This document shows, one piece after another, positions 47,708-57,700 of a stretch of DNA of 64,000 bases (the first letter of the stretch is position 1; every line of letters starts with the position of its first letter). A program made the translations under genes and the position numbers. A model generated the notes under the pieces. That model was not told the origin of the DNA. It did not search any database and saw only the letters and a list, made by a program, of their open reading frames with translations. This DNA is from Vulcanimicrobiales bacterium (GTDB lineage Bacteria; Vulcanimicrobiota; Vulcanimicrobiia; Vulcanimicrobiales; Vulcanimicrobiaceae), in assembly GCA_038231455.1 (NCBI GenBank), contig JBBRLI010000005.1:32001-96000 (forward strand), written 5' to 3'.

Positions 47708-48184
47708 ATGCCTCCACTCACCATTGATATTGGCGGCCTGCTTGCCGCAGGTCGACCGATGATCCTCGACGGGCCCGTCGAGGTCGCGGCGTTTGGCGGC
47801 TTCACGTTCTCACAACCCGCCCGTGCCCAGCTCGAACTTCGTCGAGTGGACCGCGGAATCGAAGTTGATGGGACGATCGAGGCCACTGTATCCGGACCCT
47901 GCGACCGCTGCGTCGAGGACATCACCGTCCCCGTCGTCATCCCGGTCGAAGAACGCTTCGACCCGCCAAGCGGAACGAGCGATCCGTTTGCGGACAACAA
48001 CGTGCTCACGGGCAATCTCTTGGACGTCGAAGACCTGGTCCGGCAGCTAGTCACTAGCGCCTTACCACTGGGATTCTACTGCTCCGAAAACTGTCTCGGT
48101 CTTTGCCCCAAATGCGGACTCAACAAAAACGACGGCAACTGCACGTGCCCGTCGGATACGGAAGGCGATCATGGCGAATCCTAA
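47708..48184 (+). CDS. yceD: DUF177/YceD family protein
   Basis: CDRC, LP...CSENCLGLCPKCG.N.N...C.C; directly before rpmF. Confidence 0.9.
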   Translation: MPPLTIDIGGLLAAGRPMILDGPVEVAAFGGFTFSQPARAQLELRRVDRGIEVDGTIEATVSGPCDRCVEDITVPVVIPVEERFDPPSGTSDPFADNNVLTGNLLDVEDLVRQLVTSALPLGFYCSENCLGLCPKCGLNKNDGNCTCPSDTEGDHGES

Positions 48185-48377
48185 ATGGAAAACCCCGCGC
48201 TCGAAAACGCGCAGCCGCCGAGCTGCAAACTGGAAGCTCAATCCCGTCACGGTGATGGAGTGCCCCCAGTGCCACCAGCCCAAGCTCCCGCATTTTGTGT
48301 GCGGAACCTGCGGCATGTATAACGGCCGCATGGTCGTTGAGCCGCGCGATGAACACGCCGGCCACAATCACGGCTAA
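48171..48377 (+). CDS. rpmF: 50S ribosomal protein L32
   Basis: MANPKWK..RS..RSRR, CPQC..KLPH.VC..CG.Y.GR. Confidence 0.95.
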   Translation: MANPKWKTPRSKTRSRRAANWKLNPVTVMECPQCHQPKLPHFVCGTCGMYNGRMVVEPRDEHAGHNHG

Positions 48378-49367
48378 TTGAGCGCCACGGGGGTCCGGAT
48401 CGCCGGGGTCGGGCATTACCTCCCCGAGCGGATTCTCACCAACGCCGATCTCGAGCGGACGCTCGATACGAGCGATGAGTGGATATCCAGCCGGACCGGG
48501 ATTAAAGAACGACGCATGGCGCGCGCCGATGAAGCGACGAGCGACCTTGCCGTCGCCGCGGCGCGCAATTGTCTCGAACGCTCCAAGCTCCAGGCAAGCG
48601 ACATCGATCTGTATATCGTCGCAACCTGTTCGCCCGACATGCCATTTCCGGCAACCGGGTGCATCGTGGTTAGCAAGCTTGGCGTCGTTGGCAAACCCGC
48701 TTTCGATATGGAGATTGCGTGCAGCGGTTTCGTCTACGGCCTCACGATCGCGAGCAGCATGATTCGCGCGGGGGTTTATAATCGTGTCATGTTGATCGGT
48801 GCCGAGAAGCTTTCGGCGATCGTGAACTATGAAGACCGCGGAACCGCCATTCTCTTTGGCGACGGCGCGGGCGCGGTGATCCTCGAGCGCGCGGAGATCG
48901 ATTGCTTCCTTGCCTCGGATCTCGGATCCGATGGCACGACGCCCGGCTTCCTCATGGTGCCGGGCGGCGGGACGGTGGAGCCGATGTCGCAAGATTTGCT
49001 CGACGTCCATCGCGACAAGATTCACATGAACGGGACGGGCGTCTTCAAAGTCGCCGTTAACAAGATGGCCGAGAGCGCCAAAGCGGTGTTGCGCCGCGCG
49101 AACCTGACGCCAGCCGATTGCGACTTCATGATCCCGCATCAGGCCAATCGCCGGATCATCGATTCGGTCGCCAATATCTTGTCGTTGCCAGCGGAAAAAG
49201 TCATCATCAACGTGGAGCAGTACGGGAATACGTCGGCAGCGTCGATTCCGATCGCGCTCTCCGAAACCGAACTTGCCGGTAAGCTCAAAGCCGGCGATAT
49301 TATTGTCTTTGCTGCCTTCGGCGGTGGACTCTCGTGGGGCGCGGTCGCATGGAAGTGGGCAGCGTAG
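48378..49367 (+). CDS. fabH: Beta-ketoacyl-ACP synthase III
   Basis: DTSDEWI..RTGI, ACSGF, PHQAN, GNTSAASIP. Confidence 0.96.
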   Translation: MSATGVRIAGVGHYLPERILTNADLERTLDTSDEWISSRTGIKERRMARADEATSDLAVAAARNCLERSKLQASDIDLYIVATCSPDMPFPATGCIVVSKLGVVGKPAFDMEIACSGFVYGLTIASSMIRAGVYNRVMLIGAEKLSAIVNYEDRGTAILFGDGAGAVILERAEIDCFLASDLGSDGTTPGFLMVPGGGTVEPMSQDLLDVHRDKIHMNGTGVFKVAVNKMAESAKAVLRRANLTPADCDFMIPHQANRRIIDSVANILSLPAEKVIINVEQYGNTSAASIPIALSETELAGKLKAGDIIVFAAFGGGLSWGAVAWKWAA

Positions 49368-50311
49368 TGCGCGTCGGCGTTATCTTTCCGGGTCAGGGAT
49401 CGCAAGTCGTCGGCATGGGCGCGGATGTTGCCGCGAGCAATTCCACCGCCGCCGCGCTTTTCGGCTCGGCAAAACGCGTGCTCGGCTACGATTTGCTGGC
49501 GATTGCGAAAAACGGACCGGAAGAGAAGCTACGCGAGACGCGCTACAGTCAACCCGCGATTTTCGTCGCGAATGTCGCGCTGCGTGCGGCAGTCGGCGAT
49601 GCGCTCGCGCCGGTCGTTACGGCGGGCCACTCGTTTGGCGAATTCTGCAGTCTGACGATCGCAAATGCGCTGCCGTTTGAATCGGCGCTCGCGCTCGTCA
49701 ACGAACGCGCTCTTGCGATGCAGCACGATGCCGAACAGGCGCCGGGTGGAATGTCGGCCGTGCTTGGCCTCGATCCCGACAAACTGCGCGCGGCGGTCGC
49801 TGCGGCGCGTGAGAAGACCGGCGGGCGCGTCGCGCTTGCGACGTTCAACGCGCCGGGACAAATCGTCATCAGCGGCGACCTCGACGCCGTGACGCTTGCG
49901 GGAACGCTCTCCCTCGAAGCGGGCGCAAAACGCGTCGTTCCGCTCAACGTTTCGGGCGCGTGGCACAGCGAACTGATGATCGAGGCGCGCGACCGATTTG
50001 CGAAGTACGTAACCGATGCATCGATCGTGATGCCGACCTTCACCGTTCTTTCGAACGTCGATGCAAAGCCGTACGAAGACGTCGCCACGATCAAGAAACA
50101 TCTCGTCGCCTCAGTCACCGAGCCCGTGATGTGGGATGACACCGCAAACGCGATGCTCGGCTACGAACTCGATCTCATCGTCGAATTTGGCGCGAGTCCC
50201 GTGCTTTCGCCGCTTGCGAAACGGTTGCCGAATGCGCCGAAAGTCATTCACGTCGGAGACGCCGCCGGCGTTGCGAAATTGCTCGAAACACTCGGAGCGA
50301 CGCCGGTCTAA
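49367..50311 (+). CDS. fabD: Malonyl-CoA:ACP transacylase
   Basis: FPGQGSQ, GHSFGE, VSGAWHS. Confidence 0.95.
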   Translation: MRVGVIFPGQGSQVVGMGADVAASNSTAAALFGSAKRVLGYDLLAIAKNGPEEKLRETRYSQPAIFVANVALRAAVGDALAPVVTAGHSFGEFCSLTIANALPFESALALVNERALAMQHDAEQAPGGMSAVLGLDPDKLRAAVAAAREKTGGRVALATFNAPGQIVISGDLDAVTLAGTLSLEAGAKRVVPLNVSGAWHSELMIEARDRFAKYVTDASIVMPTFTVLSNVDAKPYEDVATIKKHLVASVTEPVMWDDTANAMLGYELDLIVEFGASPVLSPLAKRLPNAPKVIHVGDAAGVAKLLETLGATPV

Positions 50312-51057
50312 TGTTGAGCGGAAAGAGCGCGCTCGTCACGGGCGCAAGTCGCGGCATCGGCCGCGCGATCGCAGTTGACCTTGCGCGCAACGGCGCCGAT
50401 GTCGTGCTCATCGGCCGCGACCGCGCAGCGCTCGATGAAACGGTCGCCGCAGTTTCCGCCGCCCGGGCGGATGCAAAGACGCACGTCATCGTTGCCGACG
50501 TTTCCGACGAGGCTGCCGTGCAGGCAGCGGTCGCCGAGACGATCGCAACATTCGGCAAAGTCGATATCGCCGTCGCCAACGCCGGTCAGTCGATCGACGG
50601 CCTCATGCTGCGCTTTAAGAGCGCCGATCTCGATCGTCTCCTCGACGTCAATTTGAAGTCGGCATTCTACCTGTGCGCGGCAGTAACCAAGCCCATGGTG
50701 AAGGCCCGAAGCGGCGCGATCGTGCTCGTCTCGAGCATCGTCGGCGTGACGGGAAATGCCGGTCAGGCCGCCTATAGCGCCACGAAGGCCGGACTGCTGG
50801 GCCTCGCCCGCTCCTTAGCAAAGGAATTGGGGTCGAGGAACGTAAGAGTCAACGCCGTCGCCCCCGGTCTCATTGAGACGGCTATGACCGCCGAAATGCC
50901 GGAGGCAGCACGCGCCCACTATATGCAAACGATCCCGCTCGGACGTCCGGGTAACCCCGAAGATGTTAGCGGAGTCGTCACCTTCCTTTGCTCCGATGCT
51001 TCCCGCTACGTCACCGGTCAAACGATCGTTGTCGATGGCGGTCTCGTGATGTCATGA
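50311..51057 (+). CDS. fabG: 3-oxoacyl-ACP reductase
   Basis: TGASRGIG, GNAGQAAYSATK; operon context. Confidence 0.93.
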   Translation: MLSGKSALVTGASRGIGRAIAVDLARNGADVVLIGRDRAALDETVAAVSAARADAKTHVIVADVSDEAAVQAAVAETIATFGKVDIAVANAGQSIDGLMLRFKSADLDRLLDVNLKSAFYLCAAVTKPMVKARSGAIVLVSSIVGVTGNAGQAAYSATKAGLLGLARSLAKELGSRNVRVNAVAPGLIETAMTAEMPEAARAHYMQTIPLGRPGNPEDVSGVVTFLCSDASRYVTGQTIVVDGGLVMS

Positions 51058-51083
51058 CCCCTACTCTTACGGAGAAACGATAA

Positions 51084-51329
<246 letters not shown>

Positions 51330-52658
51330 ATGTTCGAGCAGCTCAGCGATCGTCTAAGCACGATCTTCAACCGTCTTTCGGGACACGGTCGACTCAGTGA
51401 GTCGGACGTCGCTGAAGTATTGCGCGAAGTACGTATCGCTCTGCTCGAAGCCGACGTCAATCTTGCGGTCGCAAAAGAATTCGTTAATGCGATCAAAGAA
51501 AAGGCCGTCGGCACCGACGTTTTAACCTCCCTGACGCCGGGTCAAACCGTCGTCAAACTCGTCCATGACGAACTGGTCGAACTGATGGGCGGCGCGCAAG
51601 CACGCCTGCAGTTCAGCGATGCACCACCCTCCGTCATCATGATGGTCGGTCTGCAAGGTTCCGGTAAAACGACGCATACCGGAAAGCTTGCGATGCGGCT
51701 CAAAGAGCAGGGACGCAAGTCGCTGCTCATCGCCGCCGACGTGTATCGTCCCGCTGCAATCGCGCAGTTGCAGACGCTCGGCAAGCAGCTCGATCTTCCG
51801 GTCTACGATCAAGGTGCGGGCGACCCGGTCAAGATCGCAAAAGACGGCGTTGCCGAAGCAAAGCGTCTTGGCATCTCAACCGTCATCATCGATACCGCAG
51901 GCCGTCTGCAAATCGATGAGACGCTTATGGACGAGCTGGCAAAAATCAAAGCCGCCGTCAATCCCAAAGAAATTTTGTTCGTTGCCGATGCGATGACGGG
52001 CCAAGAAGCAACGGCCGTTGCCAAAGGCTTCAACGAACGTCTCGCGATCACGGGCGTCATCCTCACGAAGATGGATGGCGATGCCCGCGGCGGCGCGGCG
52101 CTCTCGATCCACAAACTAACCGGTGCGCCGATCAAGTTTGTCGGCGTCGGCGAGAAGCTCGCCGCCCTCGAACCGTTTTATCCCGATCGGCTTGCCTCGC
52201 GCATCCTCGGGATGGGCGACGTGCTCACGCTCATCGAGAAAACACAGTCCGTCTACTCGGAACAAGAGGCAAAAGACCTCGCCGAGAAGATGCGCAAATC
52301 GGCGTTCACACTCGACGATTTCCTCGGGCAGTTGCGAACCGTTCGCAAAATGGGCTCGATGAACGACATCATGAAGATGATCCCGGGTCTTTCCAAGGCG
52401 CTGCCGAATGTCGAAATCGACGAAAAAGACGTCCAAAAGGTTGAGGCGATCATTTGCTCGATGACGATGCGCGAACGCAATCGTCCCGAGGTGCTGAACG
52501 CCTCCCGCCGCAAGCGCATCGCCGCGGGCAGTGGAACCCAAGTGTCCGACGTGAACCGCCTCATCAAGCAGTTCGAGGGCGCGCGTCAGATGATGAAACA
52601 GTTCGGCGGCGGGAAACGCCCGCGACTCCCATTCCCCGGAATGGGCCTCGGCCGCTAA
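51330..52658 (+). CDS. ffh: Signal recognition particle protein
   Basis: [25 protein letters not shown] domain. Confidence 0.98.
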   Translation: MFEQLSDRLSTIFNRLSGHGRLSESDVAEVLREVRIALLEADVNLAVAKEFVNAIKEKAVGTDVLTSLTPGQTVVKLVHDELVELMGGAQARLQFSDAPPSVIMMVGLQGSGKTTHTGKLAMRLKEQGRKSLLIAADVYRPAAIAQLQTLGKQLDLPVYDQGAGDPVKIAKDGVAEAKRLGISTVIIDTAGRLQIDETLMDELAKIKAAVNPKEILFVADAMTGQEATAVAKGFNERLAITGVILTKMDGDARGGAALSIHKLTGAPIKFVGVGEKLAALEPFYPDRLASRILGMGDVLTLIEKTQSVYSEQEAKDLAEKMRKSAFTLDDFLGQLRTVRKMGSMNDIMKMIPGLSKALPNVEIDEKDVQKVEAIICSMTMRERNRPEVLNASRRKRIAAGSGTQVSDVNRLIKQFEGARQMMKQFGGGKRPRLPFPGMGLGR

Positions 52659-52699
52659 AACACTACAACCAAACCCAGCTAGAAAGTAAGAAGACAACC

Positions 52700-52993
52700 A
52701 TGGTCCGCATCCGACTCCGCCGCATGGGCGCGAAAAAACAGCCGACGTATCGTTTCGTCGTTTCCGACGCACGCTCGCCGCGCGACGGCCGCTTCATCGA
52801 AATCCTCGGCCACTACAACCCCCGCACCGAGCCCAAGACTGTCGTCATCAACGAAGACAAGGTCAAAGAATGGCTCGCCAAGGGCGCACAGCCGAGCGAT
52901 CCGGTTCGCCGTCTCCTGGCCGAAAAAGGCCTCGTGGAACGCGGCTTCATTTCGCCGACCAAGAGAAAGCCAAAGTCCGAGAAGGCTGAGTAG
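52700..52993 (+). CDS. rpsP: 30S ribosomal protein S16
   Basis: [30 protein letters not shown]. Confidence 0.97.
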   Translation: MVRIRLRRMGAKKQPTYRFVVSDARSPRDGRFIEILGHYNPRTEPKTVVINEDKVKEWLAKGAQPSDPVRRLLAEKGLVERGFISPTKRKPKSEKAE

Positions 52994-52995
52994 AC

Positions 52996-53550
52996 TTGTC
53001 CGCCTTCGACGACGAGTTCGGTCTCTTCGGGGATGATGAACCGAAGGAAGACGAAGAACGCAAACCCACCCTCGGCGCGCGCAAAATCGCCTCCGACGAG
53101 ACGACCGGTGATGGAGATATCGAGCCCGAGGACGACCGTCCGCGCCGGCCGCGCCGCAGCATGGACGACGGCCCGCCCGGTTCGCGTCCGCGTTTTGGCG
53201 GCGACCGCGGTGGACCGCGTCGCGAACGCGCTCCGCGTCCGCAGCTAGCGCCGGAAGTCTCCGAAGCACGCGCGATCGAGTTGCTGACGTTCCTTGCTAA
53301 AAAACTCGTCGCTGCGCCCGAAAAAGTGGTCGTGGTGACGGTTGAAGGCGATCGTGGCCCGGTCATCGAGCTCGAAGTCGATCCCGACGATCTCGGAAAA
53401 GTCATCGGTCGCGGCGGACGTGTCGCGCAAGCCTTGCGGACCCTGGTTCGCGCGGGCGCCGAAGGCCGTGTGACGGTCGACATTGTCGACTCCGAGGATA
53501 CGGAAGATCCCGCCAGTGGCGACCCCGGCGAACCCGAAGACGAAGCCTAG
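52996..53550 (+). CDS. khpA: KhpA-type KH-domain RNA-binding protein with long disordered N-terminus
   Basis: DLGKVIGRGGRVAQALRT; position between rpsP and rimM. Confidence 0.88.
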   Translation: MSAFDDEFGLFGDDEPKEDEERKPTLGARKIASDETTGDGDIEPEDDRPRRPRRSMDDGPPGSRPRFGGDRGGPRRERAPRPQLAPEVSEARAIELLTFLAKKLVAAPEKVVVVTVEGDRGPVIELEVDPDDLGKVIGRGGRVAQALRTLVRAGAEGRVTVDIVDSEDTEDPASGDPGEPEDEA

Positions 53551-54061
53551 ACTTCGAGCCGGCCGCATCGCGGGGATCTTCGGACTCCGTGGTGAGCTTA
53601 AGCTCGATCCAACGCGGATCGGTGCCGACGCCGTCGGTCCGGGCTCGGAACTTGAGGCCACTCTCCCCGATGGGCGTGTACGCGATCTGCGCGTGCGCGC
53701 TCTGCGCATTCATAAAAGTCGCCCGCTCATCACGTGCGATGGCGTCGACGATGCAAATTCCGCCGAGGCGCTCGTCGGCGCGACGCTGACGATTGCGCGC
53801 ACGGACGTCGCGCTCGAGCGAGGCGAGTATCTCGATGACGATTTAATCGGCTGTGCGCTCGTGGATGCCGATGGCAACGAGCTTGCGCGCGTGGTCAATG
53901 TGATGCACACGGCCGCGCAGGATTTGCTGGTGCTGCGCGAAGGCGAATCGTACGTGCCGCTGGTTGCGCAGTTCGTTGGGCGGATCGACGTCAATGCGAA
54001 AACGATTCGCGTAACGTTACCGCCCGGCTTACTCGATAGCGCCGAAGCGGAAACGGCTTAG
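53516..54061 (+). CDS. rimM: 16S rRNA processing protein RimM
   Basis: G.I...FGLRGE.K, EY...DLIG, VP.V..FV..ID; start uncertain. Confidence 0.92.
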   Translation: MATPANPKTKPRLRAGRIAGIFGLRGELKLDPTRIGADAVGPGSELEATLPDGRVRDLRVRALRIHKSRPLITCDGVDDANSAEALVGATLTIARTDVALERGEYLDDDLIGCALVDADGNELARVVNVMHTAAQDLLVLREGESYVPLVAQFVGRIDVNAKTIRVTLPPGLLDSAEAETA

Positions 54062-55215
54062 CGCTTTTTCCGCGGCGTAAGGTACGCGCCCGTGGCCATG
54101 CCGACGACGCGATCGATCGCGGTCTGCCAGTCGCGATCGCCGCTTGCATCTTGGTCGAACGACTTCTTGTAGATCGACTTGCCGTTGCAATCGTAGACGG
54201 AAAACTCAATGATGGCGGTCGTCGACTTGCCGTATGCCGGATCGCCCGGCTTTGTCGCAAGCGTGCCGCCAATTGCGCGCGTTGCCCCGTTGGTCTCGCA
54301 GAGCTGCGGGTTCACTTGTCCGGCGCTTGTCGGGACGCCATGAAGTTTGCGACGATCGAGTTCGGCCGCAATCTGCGTCGTCGCGTAATCGCGGCGCTCG
54401 GAATCGGCCGTGCCGCCAAACGCAAGAACGAGATAATTCCCGTCGGCAGTCGGCGCGGCAACGGCGACTGCGACGGGCGTCGGCGTGCTGCGCGGCGCCG
54501 GAGGGGCGGTCGTCGTGGCAACGGCACGCGCTTGAGCCGTCGCGACGGCCTTGGGTGCCATCGTGTTCAATGGCGCAAGAGTCGTTACGGGCTCCGGCGA
54601 GACGATCGCAATTGGAGTCGGCGATTTCGTCGGTTCGGCTGCGGGTTTGGGGGCGGCTTTCTTTTTCTTGAAGAGTCCGCCGAAGTTTGCTTGGCTCGAG
54701 TCGTTCGTCGCGGCGGGCGCGGGTGTCGCGGGCGGCGGCGTTGCGAACTGCTCGTACGCCGCGATATTGCGGCCCTGGTGGCGCAAGATTGCCGTCCGCA
54801 AGATATCGCCCTGGCCGCCGGCTTCGGCGTAGGTCTTGATCTGCGCGGTGTTGCTGAAGGCAACGATGCCGGTCTGTGCGCTGACGACTTGCTCGACCAC
54901 GGTGACTTCATCACCGATCGGCGTCACGTAGCCGCTGAGGTAATAGTCCGCGTTTGCGTTCCGCGCGGTTGTGAGGAAGTCGGCGCGCAGCGTGCCGGGC
55001 GGTCCGGGCTTGACCGTCACCCCGCCGATCTGGGCGATTTGCTCTCCAATTAAGACGGCAAGGCGCGCGCCGGATTCTTTTTGCGCATCGCCGTTCACGG
55101 TGAACGGATAGACGAGCAAGACCGGGGGCGGCAGAATTGGCGCCGCACCGATCACGAAAACGCAGAGAAACGCCAAGGCGCCGAAAGCACGTACAAAACG
55201 AAGCACGATTGGCAT
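54058..55215 (-). CDS. Hypothetical exported protein (two alpha/beta domains with Pro/Thr/Ala linker)
   Basis: Signal/TM; LVYPF...ADYYLSG.V resembles a CsgG/TolB-N type fold. Confidence 0.6.
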   Translation of the reverse strand: MPIVLRFVRAFGALAFLCVFVIGAAPILPPPVLLVYPFTVNGDAQKESGARLAVLIGEQIAQIGGVTVKPGPPGTLRADFLTTARNANADYYLSGYVTPIGDEVTVVEQVVSAQTGIVAFSNTAQIKTYAEAGGQGDILRTAILRHQGRNIAAYEQFATPPPATPAPAATNDSSQANFGGLFKKKKAAPKPAAEPTKSPTPIAIVSPEPVTTLAPLNTMAPKAVATAQARAVATTTAPPAPRSTPTPVAVAVAAPTADGNYLVLAFGGTADSERRDYATTQIAAELDRRKLHGVPTSAGQVNPQLCETNGATRAIGGTLATKPGDPAYGKSTTAIIEFSVYDCNGKSIYKKSFDQDASGDRDWQTAIDRVVGMATGAYLTPRKKR

Positions 55216-55217
55216 CT

Positions 55218-56093
55218 TCAAGCGCGGAACCGAATCGCCTCGCTAATCGGCGTGACGCTCGCTCCCGTTGCCCCTTCGCCCGCGAGGCGGCTGCGGAGAT
55301 CGTCGGCCTCCCATTCGGCACAGAATTGGGCGCCGAATAAAAAGATCGCGCCCATCAAATAAATCCAGAAGAGCAACGCAAGAATCGCCGATGCTACACC
55401 GTAAATGTGCAACACCGATGTGCTTGTTGTGTACACCGCGAAGGCGATTTGTACAACCTCAAAGAGGATGGCTGCAACCACCGCCCCCGGGATTGCAAAA
55501 TGAATGTCGGCTTTGCGGTTCGGCAAGACGGCATAGAGAATTGCCGTTACGATAAAGACGAGCACGACGGCGAGCGTGTAACCGCCGACTTCGGAGACGC
55601 CGCGCAGGTTCGGCAAGGTTGTGAAGCGCACGATAAACGAGATGACCAGCGGAAGCGCGGTCGCGCCGATAAGAAAGATTCCAGCGACCGGCAACATCAC
55701 GATCGAGCGGAGAAGATCGTGCAGATAGGGTCGCGCGGCAGGGATGCCGAGCGCTCGATCGAGCGCGTATGCAAGTGCGCTGAAGAGATTCTTGCCGCTC
55801 CAAATCAAGCTGACAAAGCCGATAATGCCCGAAATATTGCGCAGCTTCACCACGTTTGCGAAGTTATCGGAAACCGTGCCGCTCAGCGCCGGCGCAAGGT
55901 CGCCGATCAAGAGCAAGAAGCGCCGCTGGCCTTCGCTATCTCCGTAGATGAAACCGAGCAGCGAGATCGCAAGCAGCACGAGCGGAATCAGCGCGAAGAG
56001 CGCGTTGAACGCGAGCGCTTGGGCGAGAAACGAGCTGCCGTCGCGTGCGAACTTCAGACCGGCCGCACGACCGACGCGAAAAACTTTTGGCAA
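55218..56093 (-). CDS. YihY/BrkB family membrane protein
   Basis: AQALAF..LFALIP, LY..LP, PGA, YG....I...L.W.Y....IFL.GA. Confidence 0.9.
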   Translation of the reverse strand: MPKVFRVGRAAGLKFARDGSSFLAQALAFNALFALIPLVLLAISLLGFIYGDSEGQRRFLLLIGDLAPALSGTVSDNFANVVKLRNISGIIGFVSLIWSGKNLFSALAYALDRALGIPAARPYLHDLLRSIVMLPVAGIFLIGATALPLVISFIVRFTTLPNLRGVSEVGGYTLAVVLVFIVTAILYAVLPNRKADIHFAIPGAVVAAILFEVVQIAFAVYTTSTSVLHIYGVASAILALLFWIYLMGAIFLFGAQFCAEWEADDLRSRLAGEGATGASVTPISEAIRFRA

Positions 56094-56113
56094 AGGGCCT
56101 CGGTGCGGACGTT

Positions 56114-56671
56114 ATGATCGCCGTTTTGGCCGCGGCGATCATCCTCAATGGGTCGACGTACATTTCGCGTGTGCCGCCGCTCCTCGACGACGGTTCCGTC
56201 GCCGTTGCGGTCACTCCCGCTCTGACCCGGATCGTTCCGAGCATTTCCAGCGACCCCGACACCGGGCGCATTGTCTTTGCAAATTCTCAGCATCATGCGG
56301 AGATGCAGATTGGCGGACGGACCGCGCGAGTCGACGGTCGCGAAGTTTCCCTCGCATTCGCACCGTTCTCGCGAGCCGGCGAGGTATTCGTCCCCCTTGC
56401 AGACGTCGTCCGCGCGTTCGGAGGATCGATTGCCGAGGATGCAACGACCAAACGCATCTTGGTCTCGACGAATGAGTCCCTGCCGATCGCCACGATGGCT
56501 CCCTTTGATCCGCGTACTCGACAAGTCACGCCGCAAGTGATCTTTACGCCTCAACCAAAAGTGACGCCGCGTCCCGAAGTCAGCGGCTCACCGACCCCGC
56601 GTCGAACGCCAATCCCGGTTATTCCGTCACGACCCGACCCGACACAAGGTTCGATTGCACCGTTGTTCTAA
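56114..56671 (+). CDS. Copper-amine-oxidase N-terminal (stalk) domain protein
   Basis: IG...A.VDG....L..AP....G..FVPL..V.RAFG plus a Pro-rich tail. Confidence 0.75.
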   Translation: MIAVLAAAIILNGSTYISRVPPLLDDGSVAVAVTPALTRIVPSISSDPDTGRIVFANSQHHAEMQIGGRTARVDGREVSLAFAPFSRAGEVFVPLADVVRAFGGSIAEDATTKRILVSTNESLPIATMAPFDPRTRQVTPQVIFTPQPKVTPRPEVSGSPTPRRTPIPVIPSRPDPTQGSIAPLF

Positions 56672-56709
56672 ATCGTTACGAGTTGCTTTTCGAACCGGAG
56701 GTGTGGTCG

Positions 56710-57405
56710 GTGAAAAAGACGCTTGCTGCGTTGCTTCTAGCAACGACGGTTCTTTTGACTTCTGTTCCCGCGAGCGCTAAGGCTCGAATCATCGCGGTCT
56801 TTGCGTTGCGCTCGACAGCCGAGGACGCACCCGCTGCATTGGCGATTACGAAGGCCATTCTGTCGCGCATCGGTTCGCTCGATGGTTACGATGCCGTCTT
56901 GCCGTCCGTTCCCTCGGGGGCGAACAGCGGCGCAACGGCTGCGACTCTTGGAGCAGAGTCGTACATTGTCGGACAGATAACGGCGGCCGAGGGTGATACG
57001 TTCGCGATCGTTGCTACGGAAGAACTCGATATCGAGGGTATGGTGATCGTCGAAAAAGGCGCCAAAGGACAAGGCACGATTGCCATGGTCGAGGGCGCCG
57101 GAAGCAACGGCCACGCCGGGAAGCTCGGATTGCAATACGACTACGTCACGGCCTCCGACGGGAACAAGATCAAACTTTCGAACACGCAGCACACCGACCA
57201 AGGCGAAGGTCAAGCCGGCAAAGCGTCAACGGCGACCGTCGCTACGTATCTCTTGCTCGGACCGCTCGGACTCTTCGCGCACAATTTTGTACGCGGCAAA
57301 GACCTAACGATCGATGAGAAGACGAAGCTCACCGCGTTCGTCGACACCACGGTTCATGTCATTGGTGCACGGAAGGCCCAAGCCGGTGCTGGCTACGCGA
57401 AATAA
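56710..57405 (+). CDS. Hypothetical secreted protein
   Basis: Signal peptide ending ASA; GD.F, G..GKL, DG..I.L, LF...VRGKD. Confidence 0.65.
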   Translation: MKKTLAALLLATTVLLTSVPASAKARIIAVFALRSTAEDAPAALAITKAILSRIGSLDGYDAVLPSVPSGANSGATAATLGAESYIVGQITAAEGDTFAIVATEELDIEGMVIVEKGAKGQGTIAMVEGAGSNGHAGKLGLQYDYVTASDGNKIKLSNTQHTDQGEGQAGKASTATVATYLLLGPLGLFAHNFVRGKDLTIDEKTKLTAFVDTTVHVIGARKAQAGAGYAK

Positions 57406-57409
57406 TCGC

Positions 57410-57664
57410 TCAGAGTTGTGCGTCGGTTAGGCTCTTCACAACGGCTTGAACGCGTGGACTTTCCCACCAGTTGAGGATGACGGCCTCGGCGGTGTGAATC
57501 CCGCGGAGGCGGTCAACGTGGCCCTCGATCGCGGTGCGATCGGGGGCTTCGCTTTGCCAAGCCGTGTGCAGGTCATCGGCTGCGGCGAGCCCCTGTGGAT
57601 CATCGCCGAGAGCGCTGCGGAGTTCGTCGAGCGGGACGGAGGGGCGATCGTTATCGTTCATCAT
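57410..57664 (-). CDS. Small hypothetical protein
   Basis: Fills the gap between genes; helical; GGGTAC -10-like box upstream. Confidence 0.65.
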   Translation of the reverse strand: MMNDNDRPSVPLDELRSALGDDPQGLAAADDLHTAWQSEAPDRTAIEGHVDRLRGIHTAEAVILNWWESPRVQAVVKSLTDAQL

Positions 57665-57700
57665 TCTCGTGTACCCTGTGTGGGAGAGAAAGTCTCGCGA

